From contig JBMNJI010000006.1 of NCBI GenBank assembly GCA_050951585.1, forward strand, positions 364,434-428,433: a DNA stretch of 64,000 nucleotides, given 5' to 3'. This document shows, in pieces, positions 46,972 through 55,863 of the stretch. This DNA comes from Peptococcia bacterium (lineage in GTDB: Bacteria; Bacillota; Peptococcia; DRI-13; DTU073). A program made the position numbers and the translations under genes. Each line of letters begins with the position of its first letter. Position 1 is the stretch's first letter. The notes under the pieces were generated by a model that saw only the letters and a program-made list of their open reading frames with translations, ran no database searches and was not told where the DNA came from.

Positions 46972-47830
46972 GTGAACTATCCGGGCATAAAGAATCCATA
47001 GTCATGCGACCTAACTTCCCGCCGCGAAATTCCGAAAGTAAGATAGCGGCCCCTTTCTCAAGATCAACTTTCCCGCCAGGCACCAGCAAGCCTCTTTTCC
47101 GGCAAATTTCGGTCAGTACCACAGGCGTATCCGGTTTTTCCTCGACGGAAAATCTTGCGGCTATTCTGCCGGGTTTATGCTCCAACATCCAGCCCAAAAG
47201 CCACAAAGACAACTCCAGAGAATCATAGATTGTATCTTTAATGGCGCCTGTTACAGCTAATTTGTACCCGGTTACCTCATTATCGAATTTCGGCCAGAGA
47301 ATACCAGGCATATCGAGCAGCTCAATTTCATTCTCCAGTCTGATCCACTGTTTACCTCTGGTTACCCCCGGCCGATCAGCCGTTTCGGTTGCTTCTTTGC
47401 CGGCAAGGTTATTAATCAGGGTCGATTTACCAACATTGGGTATACCAACCACCATCAGCCGAATGGTTCTATTTTTGATTCCCCGCGCTAAGCGGCGCGT
47501 CAAAACGCTTTGTGCTTCTTTCCGCACCATTTCCAGGATTTTTTTCTGACGGTTCCGTCCTCGATTCTGCACAGAATCAAAAACAAGCGTCGAAATACCC
47601 TGCGCAGTGTAATACTCCAGCCATTTCGCCGTCTCTTCTTCCTCGGCCAAGCCGGCTTTGTTCAAAACCAAAACCGCAGGCTTTTCGCCAAGTAATTCTT
47701 GCAATAAAGGATTTCTACTGCTGGCAGGCAACCTGGCATCAACCAATTCTAAGACTACATCGACTAATTTAAGATGATCTAAAATTAACCTTTTGGTCTT
47801 TGCCATATGCCCCGGAAACCAATTAACCAT
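46925..47830 (-). CDS. rbgA: ribosome biogenesis GTPase A (YlqF/RbgA)
   Basis: [12 protein letters not shown]-terminus and circularly permuted GTPase motifs ([14 protein letters not shown]). ATG at 47830 follows GGAG. Confidence 0.9.
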   Translation of the reverse strand: MVNWFPGHMAKTKRLILDHLKLVDVVLELVDARLPASSRNPLLQELLGEKPAVLVLNKAGLAEEEETAKWLEYYTAQGISTLVFDSVQNRGRNRQKKILEMVRKEAQSVLTRRLARGIKNRTIRLMVVGIPNVGKSTLINNLAGKEATETADRPGVTRGKQWIRLENEIELLDMPGILWPKFDNEVTGYKLAVTGAIKDTIYDSLELSLWLLGWMLEHKPGRIAARFSVEEKPDTPVVLTEICRKRGLLVPGGKVDLEKGAAILLSEFRGGKLGRMTMDSLCPDSSLEKVAKQEDTATDEE

Positions 47831-47928
47831 CTGCCCGCTCCTTATCATTCACATTATTGTCCTGTTTTCCGTAGCGACCCTCGCTAAATGCGAAAAAAGG
47901 AACTGAGCTTCTCAGTCCCTTCTCGCAG

Positions 47929-48273
47929 TTATTTCGCTCTTTCTTTAATTCTTGCCGCTTTCCCGGATAACTTCCGTAAATAATAAAGTTTAGCTCTACG
48001 TACAAGTCCTTTGCGGACTACTTCGATTTTTTGCACTCTAGGTGTATGCACAAGGAAACAACGCTCAACACCAACACCATAAGAAATCCGGCGCACCGTG
48101 AAAGTTTCATTCAATCCACTTCCCCTTCTTTTGATGACCGTGCCAACAAAAGCCTGAATTCTTTCCCTGTTACCTTCAACTACCTTAACATGCACACGAA
48201 CTGTATCGCCAGGCCGAAAATCTGGAATATCATTACGTAATTGTTCAGCTTCAATAGATTTTAACAAATCCAT
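47929..48273 (-). CDS. rplS: 50S ribosomal protein L19
   Basis: 114 aa, containing [24 protein letters not shown]. Confidence 0.95.
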   Translation of the reverse strand: MDLLKSIEAEQLRNDIPDFRPGDTVRVHVKVVEGNRERIQAFVGTVIKRRGSGLNETFTVRRISYGVGVERCFLVHTPRVQKIEVVRKGLVRRAKLYYLRKLSGKAARIKERAK

Positions 48274-48369
48274 CAGTATGACCCTCCTTCCACCTAGATG
48301 TTCTTATCCCGCCTGTCTATCGGGACAGCGGACCATCCATTTTCACCAAAAACAGCCTCCATCTAAGGC
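48274..48369 (-). promoter_or_regulatory. structured 5' leader of rplS (L19-leader-like)
   Basis: About 96 nt between the predicted TSS and the ATG. Central hairpin is CCGCTGTC...GACAGGCGG. Flanking pairing CTTAGATG / CATCTAGG ends just before the RBS. Confidence 0.4.
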
Positions 48370-48375
48370 TAAGTT

Positions 48376-48405
48376 ATTATATCATATCTACCTGCAGTTT
48401 AACAA
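48376..48405 (-). promoter_or_regulatory. sigma-A-type promoter of rplS (extended -10)
   Basis: On the minus strand: TTGTTA (48405-48400), 18-nt spacer ending in TGA, TATAAT (48381-48376). Confidence 0.55.
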
Positions 48406-48558
48406 GCATTTTTGGAAAACTATGTGTTTATCGTGTGATATTGTCACCCTATCAATTATCGTGAGAAAATGTCGGCCCCCAACTATTTTCCCAATAATCA
48501 ACATAAGACAATAAGACTTGAGTACTATAATTATCTAAAATTTCTATCATCTTTTTAC

Positions 48559-48587
48559 TTGAGATTGTTAATTTCTGGCTATACAAT
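48559..48587 (+). promoter_or_regulatory. sigma-A-type promoter of the beta-helix protein gene
   Basis: TTGAGA (48559-48564), 17-nt spacer, TACAAT (48582-48587). Confidence 0.5.
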
Positions 48588-48680
48588 ATAATTAAGGAAA
48601 ATTGTATACTTTTTCACCTCGCTAATTCAGGCTTTTTATCTCCGTTTAATATAGATATTAATATTAAGGAGGGGAAAAGA

Positions 48681-50915
48681 ATGAAAACTAGGCGGGTACT
48701 ACTGACATTATTCGCGGTGACATTATTCTTATTGGTTCCTATGACAGTGTTGGGGGCGACACTGCATGTGGGACCGGGGCAGACTTACAGTGGCACTACA
48801 CAAGACGCAATCAACAGGGCAATTCAAGCAGCAAAATCCGGCGACACGGTGTATCTTCATGCGGCTACCTACAACATCACCGGACCAATTATCGTCAAAA
48901 GCGGCATTACAATACGTGGCGACGGTAACAACACGATAATTCACGGGGCAGGAGATAACGTATGTAACAATCCCAATGATGAAAAAGGAGCAGCCTACTT
49001 TGTTTGTAACGATGTTTCAAATGTCACGATCAGCTATTTACGCTTTACCAGTAAGGCAACAAGTTCCACTAGTGGCGGAAAAGGTAATGGTCGGCAATGT
49101 ATCTGGTTCCGTAGGGCATCTAATTGTACAGTGCATAATGTAACTTTTACCAGGTATATATACTGTGATGGTGTCCGGGTAAGTTCATCCAGTGGTATCA
49201 CCGTGCGTGATTGCGAAATCAATGCAGGGCATGACGGAATCTGCTTTTATGCTTCAAGTAACTGTAAGGCTTATAACAATCTTATCACTGTCCAAAGTAA
49301 TAACGCCATACGCATTTATAGTTCATCAAATGTCGAAATTTATAAAAATAACTTTACCACCTATGCCGGTGGCTGGTGTATTTTGCAATTTGAAGAAAAG
49401 GCAAAGGACGTCAATGTTCACCACAATGTATTCTATGATACTAAAGGGAACGCTGGCTTAGCACCATGGAATTTTTCCGGTTCAAATATTAATGTTCACG
49501 ATAATGTCTTCTGGAATTGTACTACGATCACAAAAGAAAGCGAATTCAAAGGTCAACTAAAATTTGCAAGTAGTAATCAAGTAAATCCTTCTGATAGAAA
49601 TCTAACTAACTGGAAAAATAAAGGATACGGTAGAGGTTCTAGCGGAAGCGGTTCCAGTTCAGGGTCCTCAGGGTCCTCAGGCTCATCAGGTTCTTCAAGT
49701 TCGGGTTCCGGTTCAAGTTCCGGTGGTTCCAATGGTTCCACCAGTGCTAGTGGCTGGTATTCCGCAACAAATACCTCCTCAGTCTATAGTTTAGGAACCA
49801 GTAATACCGGAACAGTGACCATCGAATTTGACCTGACTCCCCTGGGCGGTTCGAGTTCCGGTGGTTCCAATGGTTCCACTAGTGCTAGTGGCTGGTATTC
49901 CGCAACAAATACCTCCTCAGTCTATAGTTTAGGAACCAGTAATACCGGAACAGTGACCATCGAATTTGACCTGACTCCCCTGGGCACCAAACCAGCTGGT
50001 GTCATCGGTTACGCCGATAGCAGCCAGTCTATCACCGGTTATGACAGCTTTGGGATGCTGATCGAATTAGGCACCAACCAGTGTTTCCGGGTCAGAAACG
50101 GCACAACCTATGCGGCGGCACGAACTGTGAACTTTAGTCCGAACAGAACGTATCACTTCAGGATAATTGCCAATACCTCCAACAGAACCTATGATGTTTA
50201 TGTTACACCTCCCGGAGGAAGTGCCACTCTTATTGCCAGTGGTTATCGCTTCCGGAATCAGTCCATGAATGATGTCGGAAAAGTTGCGCTGCTCCAGGCC
50301 TCCGGCTATGGTAACTTCAGAATTAATAACCACAAAGTATCCAGAAGCGGGTCCTCAACTTCCTCAGGTTCATCAACTTCCTCAGGCTCCTCAAGCTCCT
50401 CTGGTTCTTCAGGTTCCTCCGGTTCTTCAGGTTCCTCAACTTCGACTGGTTCCAATCCTTTATATTCAGCAACAAATTATTCAGCAGTCCGTAGCCTGGG
50501 CACAAGTAATACCGGAAAAGTGACCATCGAATTTGACCTGACTACCGTGGGCAACAAGCCGGCCGGTGTCATCGGTTACGCCGACAGCAGCCAATCTATC
50601 ACCGGTTACGACAGCTTTGGGATGGTGATTGAATTAAGCACAAGCGGATATTTCCGGGTTAGAAACGGCTCAACCTATGCGGCGGCACGCACTGTGAACT
50701 TTAGTCCGAACAAAACTTATCACTTCAGAATCATTGCCAATACATCCAACAGAACCTATGATGTCTATGTTACACCTCCCGGGGGAAGTGCCACCCTTAT
50801 TGCCAGTGGTTATAGCTTCCGGAATCAGTCCATGAATGATGTTGGAAAAGTCGCTCTGGTGCAGGCCTCCGGCTATGGTAATTACTACATTGCCAATCAT
50901 AAGATTTCAAAATAA
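48681..50915 (+). CDS. secreted right-handed beta-helix (pectate-lyase-fold) protein with Ser/Gly linkers and two ~155-aa lectin-like repeat domains
   Basis: 744 aa. Signal peptide, then beta-helix-type repeats (GITIRGDGNNTIIHG, VTISYLRF, CTVHNVTF, ITVRDCEI). Two homologous C-terminal domains are separated by SSGS linkers. Confidence 0.8.
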   Translation: MKTRRVLLTLFAVTLFLLVPMTVLGATLHVGPGQTYSGTTQDAINRAIQAAKSGDTVYLHAATYNITGPIIVKSGITIRGDGNNTIIHGAGDNVCNNPNDEKGAAYFVCNDVSNVTISYLRFTSKATSSTSGGKGNGRQCIWFRRASNCTVHNVTFTRYIYCDGVRVSSSSGITVRDCEINAGHDGICFYASSNCKAYNNLITVQSNNAIRIYSSSNVEIYKNNFTTYAGGWCILQFEEKAKDVNVHHNVFYDTKGNAGLAPWNFSGSNINVHDNVFWNCTTITKESEFKGQLKFASSNQVNPSDRNLTNWKNKGYGRGSSGSGSSSGSSGSSGSSGSSSSGSGSSSGGSNGSTSASGWYSATNTSSVYSLGTSNTGTVTIEFDLTPLGGSSSGGSNGSTSASGWYSATNTSSVYSLGTSNTGTVTIEFDLTPLGTKPAGVIGYADSSQSITGYDSFGMLIELGTNQCFRVRNGTTYAAARTVNFSPNRTYHFRIIANTSNRTYDVYVTPPGGSATLIASGYRFRNQSMNDVGKVALLQASGYGNFRINNHKVSRSGSSTSSGSSTSSGSSSSSGSSGSSGSSGSSTSTGSNPLYSATNYSAVRSLGTSNTGKVTIEFDLTTVGNKPAGVIGYADSSQSITGYDSFGMVIELSTSGYFRVRNGSTYAAARTVNFSPNKTYHFRIIANTSNRTYDVYVTPPGGSATLIASGYSFRNQSMNDVGKVALVQASGYGNYYIANHKISK
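49710..49985 (+). repeat. tandem in-frame duplication, 2 x 138 bp
   Basis: 49710-49847 and 49848-49985 differ at 2 positions by my alignment (TCA/TCG and ACC/ACT). Both differences are synonymous. Confidence 0.9.
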
Positions 50916-50977
50916 ATAGAAGTTAAAATAATAGAATAGGCGGTGTTTATTATTACTGATCTTGAAATTATAAACTA

Positions 50978-51027
50978 GTACCGGACAGAAAAGCTTAGGG
51001 AAAGCTGATCTGTCCGGTACTGTTTTT
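50978..51027 (+). terminator. rho-independent terminator
   Basis: GTACCGGACAG (50978-50988) / CTGTCCGGTAC (51010-51020), followed by TGTTTTT. Confidence 0.75.
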
Positions 51028-51044
51028 ATGTACAATTTTTCTTT

Positions 51045-51626
51045 TTACCACCATTTTTCGCCTAATAAGCGGTCTAAGATAATGGCGGCCGCACTGCGGA
51101 CCGATAAATGATTATAGGTGCTATTTGCTCCATACACCGGTGCCAGGACAAAATCCGCCTCGTCAACTATTTCCGGAGCGATGCCCCAGCCCGTTCCAAA
51201 AAGCAGAAGATAACTTTCGGCTCGGTTTTCTTCCAGGATCTGACGCATGTAAGGATAACTAACCGAGCGCGGGAAATCTTGGGCATCGGTCACAATAATT
51301 TGAGGTTCTCTCCCATCTTGCCTCACAATTTCTTCTTTTACAGCGGCCAGAGATTTCTTTACGGCAACTCGTTGTAATGCTTCCTTCCGGTCGGGATTAT
51401 AGACCGCGCCATAGCCCTTTTGCCAATAATCAATCACTTCCTGAACCAGTCTCTCCTGACTGTCGAGCGGGTGAATCAAATAATATTTTTCGACCGCATA
51501 AGTCGCCACACAACGGGCAATATCATGAATATCCAGATTAGTTATCGAAGTGGTGATCCGTTCATTATTCTTGTTTAAAACCGGATAATGAACCAGGGCA
51601 AGATAGATCCGGTTAGCCCTCCCCAT
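51045..51626 (-). CDS. putative SAM-dependent RNA methyltransferase-like protein (trmD-associated)
   Basis: ATG at 51626 follows GGAGGA. Sequence is MGRANRIYLALVHYPVLNKN...TNLDIHDIAR. The family call is from memory of trmD-linked genes in Clostridia. The track N-terminus overlapping trmD is probably spurious. Confidence 0.5.
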   Translation of the reverse strand: MGRANRIYLALVHYPVLNKNNERITTSITNLDIHDIARCVATYAVEKYYLIHPLDSQERLVQEVIDYWQKGYGAVYNPDRKEALQRVAVKKSLAAVKEEIVRQDGREPQIIVTDAQDFPRSVSYPYMRQILEENRAESYLLLFGTGWGIAPEIVDEADFVLAPVYGANSTYNHLSVRSAAAIILDRLLGEKWW

Positions 51627-52368
51627 TGTGCTTTTCCTCCTCCTGCCGAATTTCCGAAAGAAATCGCATATCCTCCGCGGAGAGGGTTTTCTTTTGCAGT
51701 AAATCAGGTCTTTTCTGCCAGGTCCGTTTAAGGGCTTCCCGCCGGCGCCATTTGCGAATCTCCTCATGATTACCGGTAAGCAGAACCTCGGGAACTGTCA
51801 TGCCCCGGAAATCTCGCGGTCTTGTGTACTGGGGATATTCTAACAGTCCATCATAAAAAGAGTCTATATAGGCGGATTCTGTTTCACCCAAAACACCGGG
51901 TAATAAACGGCAAACAGCATCGATTACAACCATCGCCGGTAATTCTCCGCCGGTCAGGACATAATCCCCAATCGAGATTTCCAGATCAGCCAAGGCTCTG
52001 ATTCTCTCATCAAACCCCTCATAATGCCCGCAGATAAAGGCGAGCTTTTTCTCTTGCGCCAAATCTTTGACGATGGCCTGATTCAGGGTTTGGCCCTGGG
52101 GAGTCATCAGCAGGATTTTGCCATCATAACTTGTCAGATCACCTAATTCAGCCTCCAAAGCATAATAAATGGGCTCCGGTTTAAGTACCATCCCTGCCCC
52201 TCCCCCAAACGGGCTGTCATCCACATTCTGATGTTTCGAAGGTGCGAAATCACGATAATCAACAAATTTAAAATTCACAAACCCATTTTCCTGGGCTCTT
52301 TTTAAGATGCTTGTATTCAATGGCCCCTTAAACATCTCCGGGAAAATGGTAAAGATTTGGATGTCCAT
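51613..52368 (-). CDS. trmD: tRNA (guanine37-N1)-methyltransferase
   Basis: 251 aa, with MDIQIFTIFPEMF and DDSPFGGGAGMV motifs. Confidence 0.95.
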   Translation of the reverse strand: MDIQIFTIFPEMFKGPLNTSILKRAQENGFVNFKFVDYRDFAPSKHQNVDDSPFGGGAGMVLKPEPIYYALEAELGDLTSYDGKILLMTPQGQTLNQAIVKDLAQEKKLAFICGHYEGFDERIRALADLEISIGDYVLTGGELPAMVVIDAVCRLLPGVLGETESAYIDSFYDGLLEYPQYTRPRDFRGMTVPEVLLTGNHEEIRKWRRREALKRTWQKRPDLLQKKTLSAEDMRFLSEIRQEEEKHNGEG

Positions 52369-52394
52369 CTCTGCTATCTACCTCTCCTTCCCTC

Positions 52395-52889
52395 CTAATC
52401 CAACAGCCCGGGAGGGATTATAACATTGATTCTTCCTGCCTTTAAGTCAACCTCTTTCACCACCGACTTTAAAGCGGGAAGATAGATCTCTTTTTCTTCC
52501 GGGGTTTTCACCACATAGACATCATTACTGCCTGTCTGTAAAACATTCGTCAGCGTTCCCAGGAGCTTTTCATCTTCATACACCGCAAGCCCTACCAGCT
52601 CAAAAAGATAGAAAGAACCTTCCGGCAAGGGCTTAACCTCATGCCGCGGGATCTCCACATACAGATTTTTTAATATTTCCGCGGCATTCATATCGGTAAT
52701 TTCCTGCAAGGAAAGTAAAACAAAATTTTGGTGTAGCCGCACATCGGCGATTGTGTAGAGTGTCTTCGCGATGTAAACCTGCTGTAACTCAAAAAACCTA
52801 TGCGGATCATCCGTTAAGGGATATATTTTTAATTCCCCGGTATGCCCGTGCGTATTAATAATCTGACCGATTTTGATGAATTCGCTCAT
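52395..52889 (-). CDS. rimM: 16S rRNA processing protein RimM
   Basis: 164 aa. GQIINTHGHTGELKI N-terminus and a PRC barrel C-terminus. Synteny supports the call. Confidence 0.9.
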   Translation of the reverse strand: MSEFIKIGQIINTHGHTGELKIYPLTDDPHRFFELQQVYIAKTLYTIADVRLHQNFVLLSLQEITDMNAAEILKNLYVEIPRHEVKPLPEGSFYLFELVGLAVYEDEKLLGTLTNVLQTGSNDVYVVKTPEEKEIYLPALKSVVKEVDLKAGRINVIIPPGLLD

Positions 52890-52902
52890 CCTCTCACCCT
52901 AC

Positions 52903-53307
52903 CTACCTAATGGCAATGATGTTCCCGTCTTTAAGCACGATCTCCCGTTGCATGATTTCATCCCAGTTATCGCCCACCTGAACCACGATCGGCCCTTCAA
53001 TTTCACCCTGAACAACTTCCTTCCCCAGTTCTAACGTACTGATGAATTTAATTTGTTCGGTCATCTTTTCTTTGGCTTCTTCTCTTTGCATCTTTTCGTA
53101 TTCAATTTGCTCTTTCACGACAGCGACCTGAGGTGAACCCTTTAAAGTCAATTCAGTGAGTGCTTTTTTGGCACGCTGGTCAATAAATTTCAATTCGGCC
53201 TCCAGTTTATTAATACCATCCTGTAATTCATTGATTAGCCCTTTTTTAAAGTCTTCAGTGACAATGGCCTTCACGATTATTTTCCGCTTAATTTCGATTT
53301 TTTCCAC
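52903..53307 (-). CDS. ylqD: YlqD family protein
   Basis: 134 aa. Position between the KH protein gene and rimM, and coiled-coil character. Confidence 0.7.
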   Translation of the reverse strand: MEKIEIKRKIIVKAIVTEDFKKGLINELQDGINKLEAELKFIDQRAKKALTELTLKGSPQVAVVKEQIEYEKMQREEAKEKMTEQIKFISTLELGKEVVQGEIEGPIVVQVGDNWDEIMQREIVLKDGNIIAIR

Positions 53308-53354
53308 GCTCGTTCCCCCATTCTTTCTTTTTATTATAAACTAAAAATCCGGAA

Positions 53355-53392
53355 AGAAAAAAATAAGGAAAAAGAGGTCTGCTCTGACCTCT
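53355..53392 (-). terminator. hairpin plus T-rich tract after the KH-domain gene
   Basis: AGAGGTC (53373-53379) / GACCTCT (53386-53392), followed on the minus strand by TTTTTCCTTATTTTTTT. Confidence 0.55.
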
Positions 53393-53623
53393 CTATTGAA
53401 GTATGTCTACTATCACTTTTTTGTCTTCCCGGATCGCTGCAGCTCGCACAACTGTCCGTATTGCCCTGGCAATACGACCTTGTTTTCCGATTACTTTACC
53501 CATGTCCTGGGGGGCCACATGCAGCTCCAGAATGACTGTATCATTTTCCTCGCGACTGCTTACCTTTACTCCTTCAACATCGTCAACTAAGGCTTTTGCC
53601 ATAACTTCGACCAGCTCTTTCAT
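53393..53623 (-). CDS. KH domain RNA-binding protein (YlqC family)
   Basis: MKELVEVMAKALVD...VIGKQGRIARAIRTV. ATG at 53623. Confidence 0.85.
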   Translation of the reverse strand: MKELVEVMAKALVDDVEGVKVSSREENDTVILELHVAPQDMGKVIGKQGRIARAIRTVVRAAAIREDKKVIVDILQ

Positions 53624-53675
53624 TATTACACCCCCAACCATTTGTCCCCATGGTATTATAGAAAGGTTACTTTCA

Positions 53676-53933
53676 TTACTCGCTGTCTTTCGCTAATACC
53701 CCGGCTTTATTCAGCAAAGATTTGACTGTTTCGGAAGGCTGAGCTCCGGTTTTTATCCAGTATTGGGCTCTTTCTTCATTTACTTTCAGAACTATTGGAT
53801 TCTTGGTCGGATCATAATACCCGATTTCTTCAATGAAACGTCCGTCACGCGGTGAACGGGAATCAGCTACAACCAAACGGTAAAACGGGGCTTTCTTGGC
53901 ACCCATTCTTCTTAATCTGATTCTTGTTGCCAT
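53676..53933 (-). CDS. rpsP: 30S ribosomal protein S16
   Basis: 85 aa, beginning [35 protein letters not shown]. Confidence 0.95.
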   Translation of the reverse strand: MATRIRLRRMGAKKAPFYRLVVADSRSPRDGRFIEEIGYYDPTKNPIVLKVNEERAQYWIKTGAQPSETVKSLLNKAGVLAKDSE

Positions 53934-54052
53934 AATATCACCTCCTCAAAAAGTCTCAAGATCATATTTAAAGGCAGATATGCTTTATTTTACAGGCATA
54001 AATGCTGTGATCTTCCATTATCTTTCCTGTTGCTATTTAAATATTGAACTAA

Positions 54053-55405
54053 CTATTTAAAAAACGGTAGTTTGGCCATCCTTTTTTTGTTTAATTTTCC
54101 GCCTTGCTGCATCTGGGTGAACTGCTTCATCATCTTTTGCATCTGCTCAAACTGTTTGATGGTTCGATTGACATCCTGAATCGAAGTCCCGCTACCTGCA
54201 GCAATCCTTTTCCGCCGGCTTCCATTGATGATTTCCGGTTTTCTTCGTTCTGCAGTTGTCATAGAACGGATGACTGCTTCCACATGCTTAATATCCTTTT
54301 CATTCACCTCCAGCCCTTGCAGTCCTTTCACTTTGTTCATTCCGGGAATCATCTCCATTAACTGATTCAACGGACCCATCTTTTGCACTTGCTGCAGCTG
54401 ATCTAAATAGTCATCAAAGGTGAACTCATTTTGCCGTATCTTCCGTTCTAATTCCTGCGCCTTTTGCAGGTCAACGGTGGCCTGTGCCTTTTCAATAAGG
54501 GTCAGCACATCGCCCATACCCAGGATCCGCGACGCCATGCGCTCCGGATAAAAAGGCTCCAAAGCGTCAAGTTTTTCCCCGATACCCGTAAATTTAATCG
54601 GTTTCCCCGTGACCGCTTTGACCGATAAGGCGGCCCCGCCTCTGGTATCCCCATCGAGTTTAGTCAGCACTACGCCGTCTAAACCCAACAGCTGATTAAA
54701 CTTTTCCGCAACATTAACCGCATCCTGTCCGGTCATTGCATCGACCACGAGCAAAATCTCCTGCGGATGACACTGTTGCTTGATTTGCGCCAGCTCGGCC
54801 ATTAATTCTTCATCGATGTGTAAACGACCGGCCGTATCTAAAATAACCAAATCCTGCCCGTTTTTTTCAGCATGGGCAATAGCGCCTTTAGCAATATCTA
54901 CCGGGTTTTGCTTCTCACCCAGTGAAAAAACGGGAATAGCCAGTTGTTCTCCTAATACCTGCAACTGCTTAATTGCCGCAGGCCGATAAATATCACAGGC
55001 AACCAGCAAAGGACTCCGCCCCTGCTTTTTCAGAAGACGGGCCAGTTTCGCACTGCTCGTTGTTTTCCCGGATCCTTGCAGACCAACCATCATCACAATC
55101 GTTGGTGGCTTGGATGAAATATTAATCTTACTTTGCGTTCCCCCCATCAGTTGGGTTAACTCATCATGGACAATCTTAATTACTTGCTGACCGGGCGTAA
55201 GACTCTCTAAAACCTCAGAACCGATCGCCCTTTCTGTTACTTTAGTAATAAAATCTTTGACAACCTTATAACTTACATCCGCCTCCAGTAAAGCTAAACG
55301 TACCTCGCGCATGGCCAGCTGCACATCTTTTTCCGTAAGTTTTCCCTTTCCGCGTAAGTTTTTAAAGATTGCCTGGATTTTTTCGGAGATACTTTCAAAT
55401 GCCAT
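54053..55405 (-). CDS. ffh: signal recognition particle protein Ffh
   Basis: 450 aa. GLQGSGKTT and DTAGR motifs, and a Met-rich M domain. Confidence 0.95.
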   Translation of the reverse strand: MAFESISEKIQAIFKNLRGKGKLTEKDVQLAMREVRLALLEADVSYKVVKDFITKVTERAIGSEVLESLTPGQQVIKIVHDELTQLMGGTQSKINISSKPPTIVMMVGLQGSGKTTSSAKLARLLKKQGRSPLLVACDIYRPAAIKQLQVLGEQLAIPVFSLGEKQNPVDIAKGAIAHAEKNGQDLVILDTAGRLHIDEELMAELAQIKQQCHPQEILLVVDAMTGQDAVNVAEKFNQLLGLDGVVLTKLDGDTRGGAALSVKAVTGKPIKFTGIGEKLDALEPFYPERMASRILGMGDVLTLIEKAQATVDLQKAQELERKIRQNEFTFDDYLDQLQQVQKMGPLNQLMEMIPGMNKVKGLQGLEVNEKDIKHVEAVIRSMTTAERRKPEIINGSRRKRIAAGSGTSIQDVNRTIKQFEQMQKMMKQFTQMQQGGKLNKKRMAKLPFFK

Positions 55406-55416
55406 CGATTAAACAC

Positions 55417-55776
55417 CTACCAGCTCTCTTCTAATTTTTGCAGCAACTCATAGACCATCGCCCATTCTTTTTCTTGAGGATTAGTGCAACTGTCCTGCTT
55501 TTGCAAAGACCCTAACTGTTGACGAAGAGCCGCTAAAATGGCCTGACCGGCAACATATTTCCGCACCAGGCCCAATCGTTCCTCATAATGTTGAAGAGCT
55601 CCCTCCGTCCGCTTGACCAGGTCATAAATCGCCGGACGCGATACATCTTGAAGCTCGCCGATTTCCCCCAGCGACAAATCCTGCTGAAAATACAGGTCGT
55701 ATATTTCCCGTTGTTTTTTCGTTAAAAGAGAGCCATAAAAATCAAATAATAAGGCTCTCTGCGTTAAATCATCCAT
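55417..55776 (-). CDS. ylxM: YlxM family putative DNA-binding protein
   Basis: 119 aa. LFDFYGSLLTKKQREIYDLYFQQDLSLGEIG. Lies upstream of ffh. Confidence 0.85.
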   Translation of the reverse strand: MDDLTQRALLFDFYGSLLTKKQREIYDLYFQQDLSLGEIGELQDVSRPAIYDLVKRTEGALQHYEERLGLVRKYVAGQAILAALRQQLGSLQKQDSCTNPQEKEWAMVYELLQKLEESW

Positions 55777-55863
55777 CTGTTATACTCCATTGTTAAGGAA
55801 AAATACTTAACAGTCAACTATAAGTCATCTTACCCTAAATATTCCTCCTTGTCAACTGATATT

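Noticed and set aside
49630-50450. Short periodic TC(A/T)GG(T/C)TC repeats, considered as a possible CRISPR-like or satellite array
   Set aside because: They are in-frame Ser/Gly linker codons inside a CDS, with no spacer-repeat architecture. No CRISPR array is seen anywhere in the window.
49848-50912. Diverged repeat pair in the beta-helix protein gene as a diversity-generating retroelement (TR/VR)
   Set aside because: No reverse transcriptase gene is nearby. The differences between the copies are spread over all base types rather than being adenine-specific. This is ordinary domain duplication.
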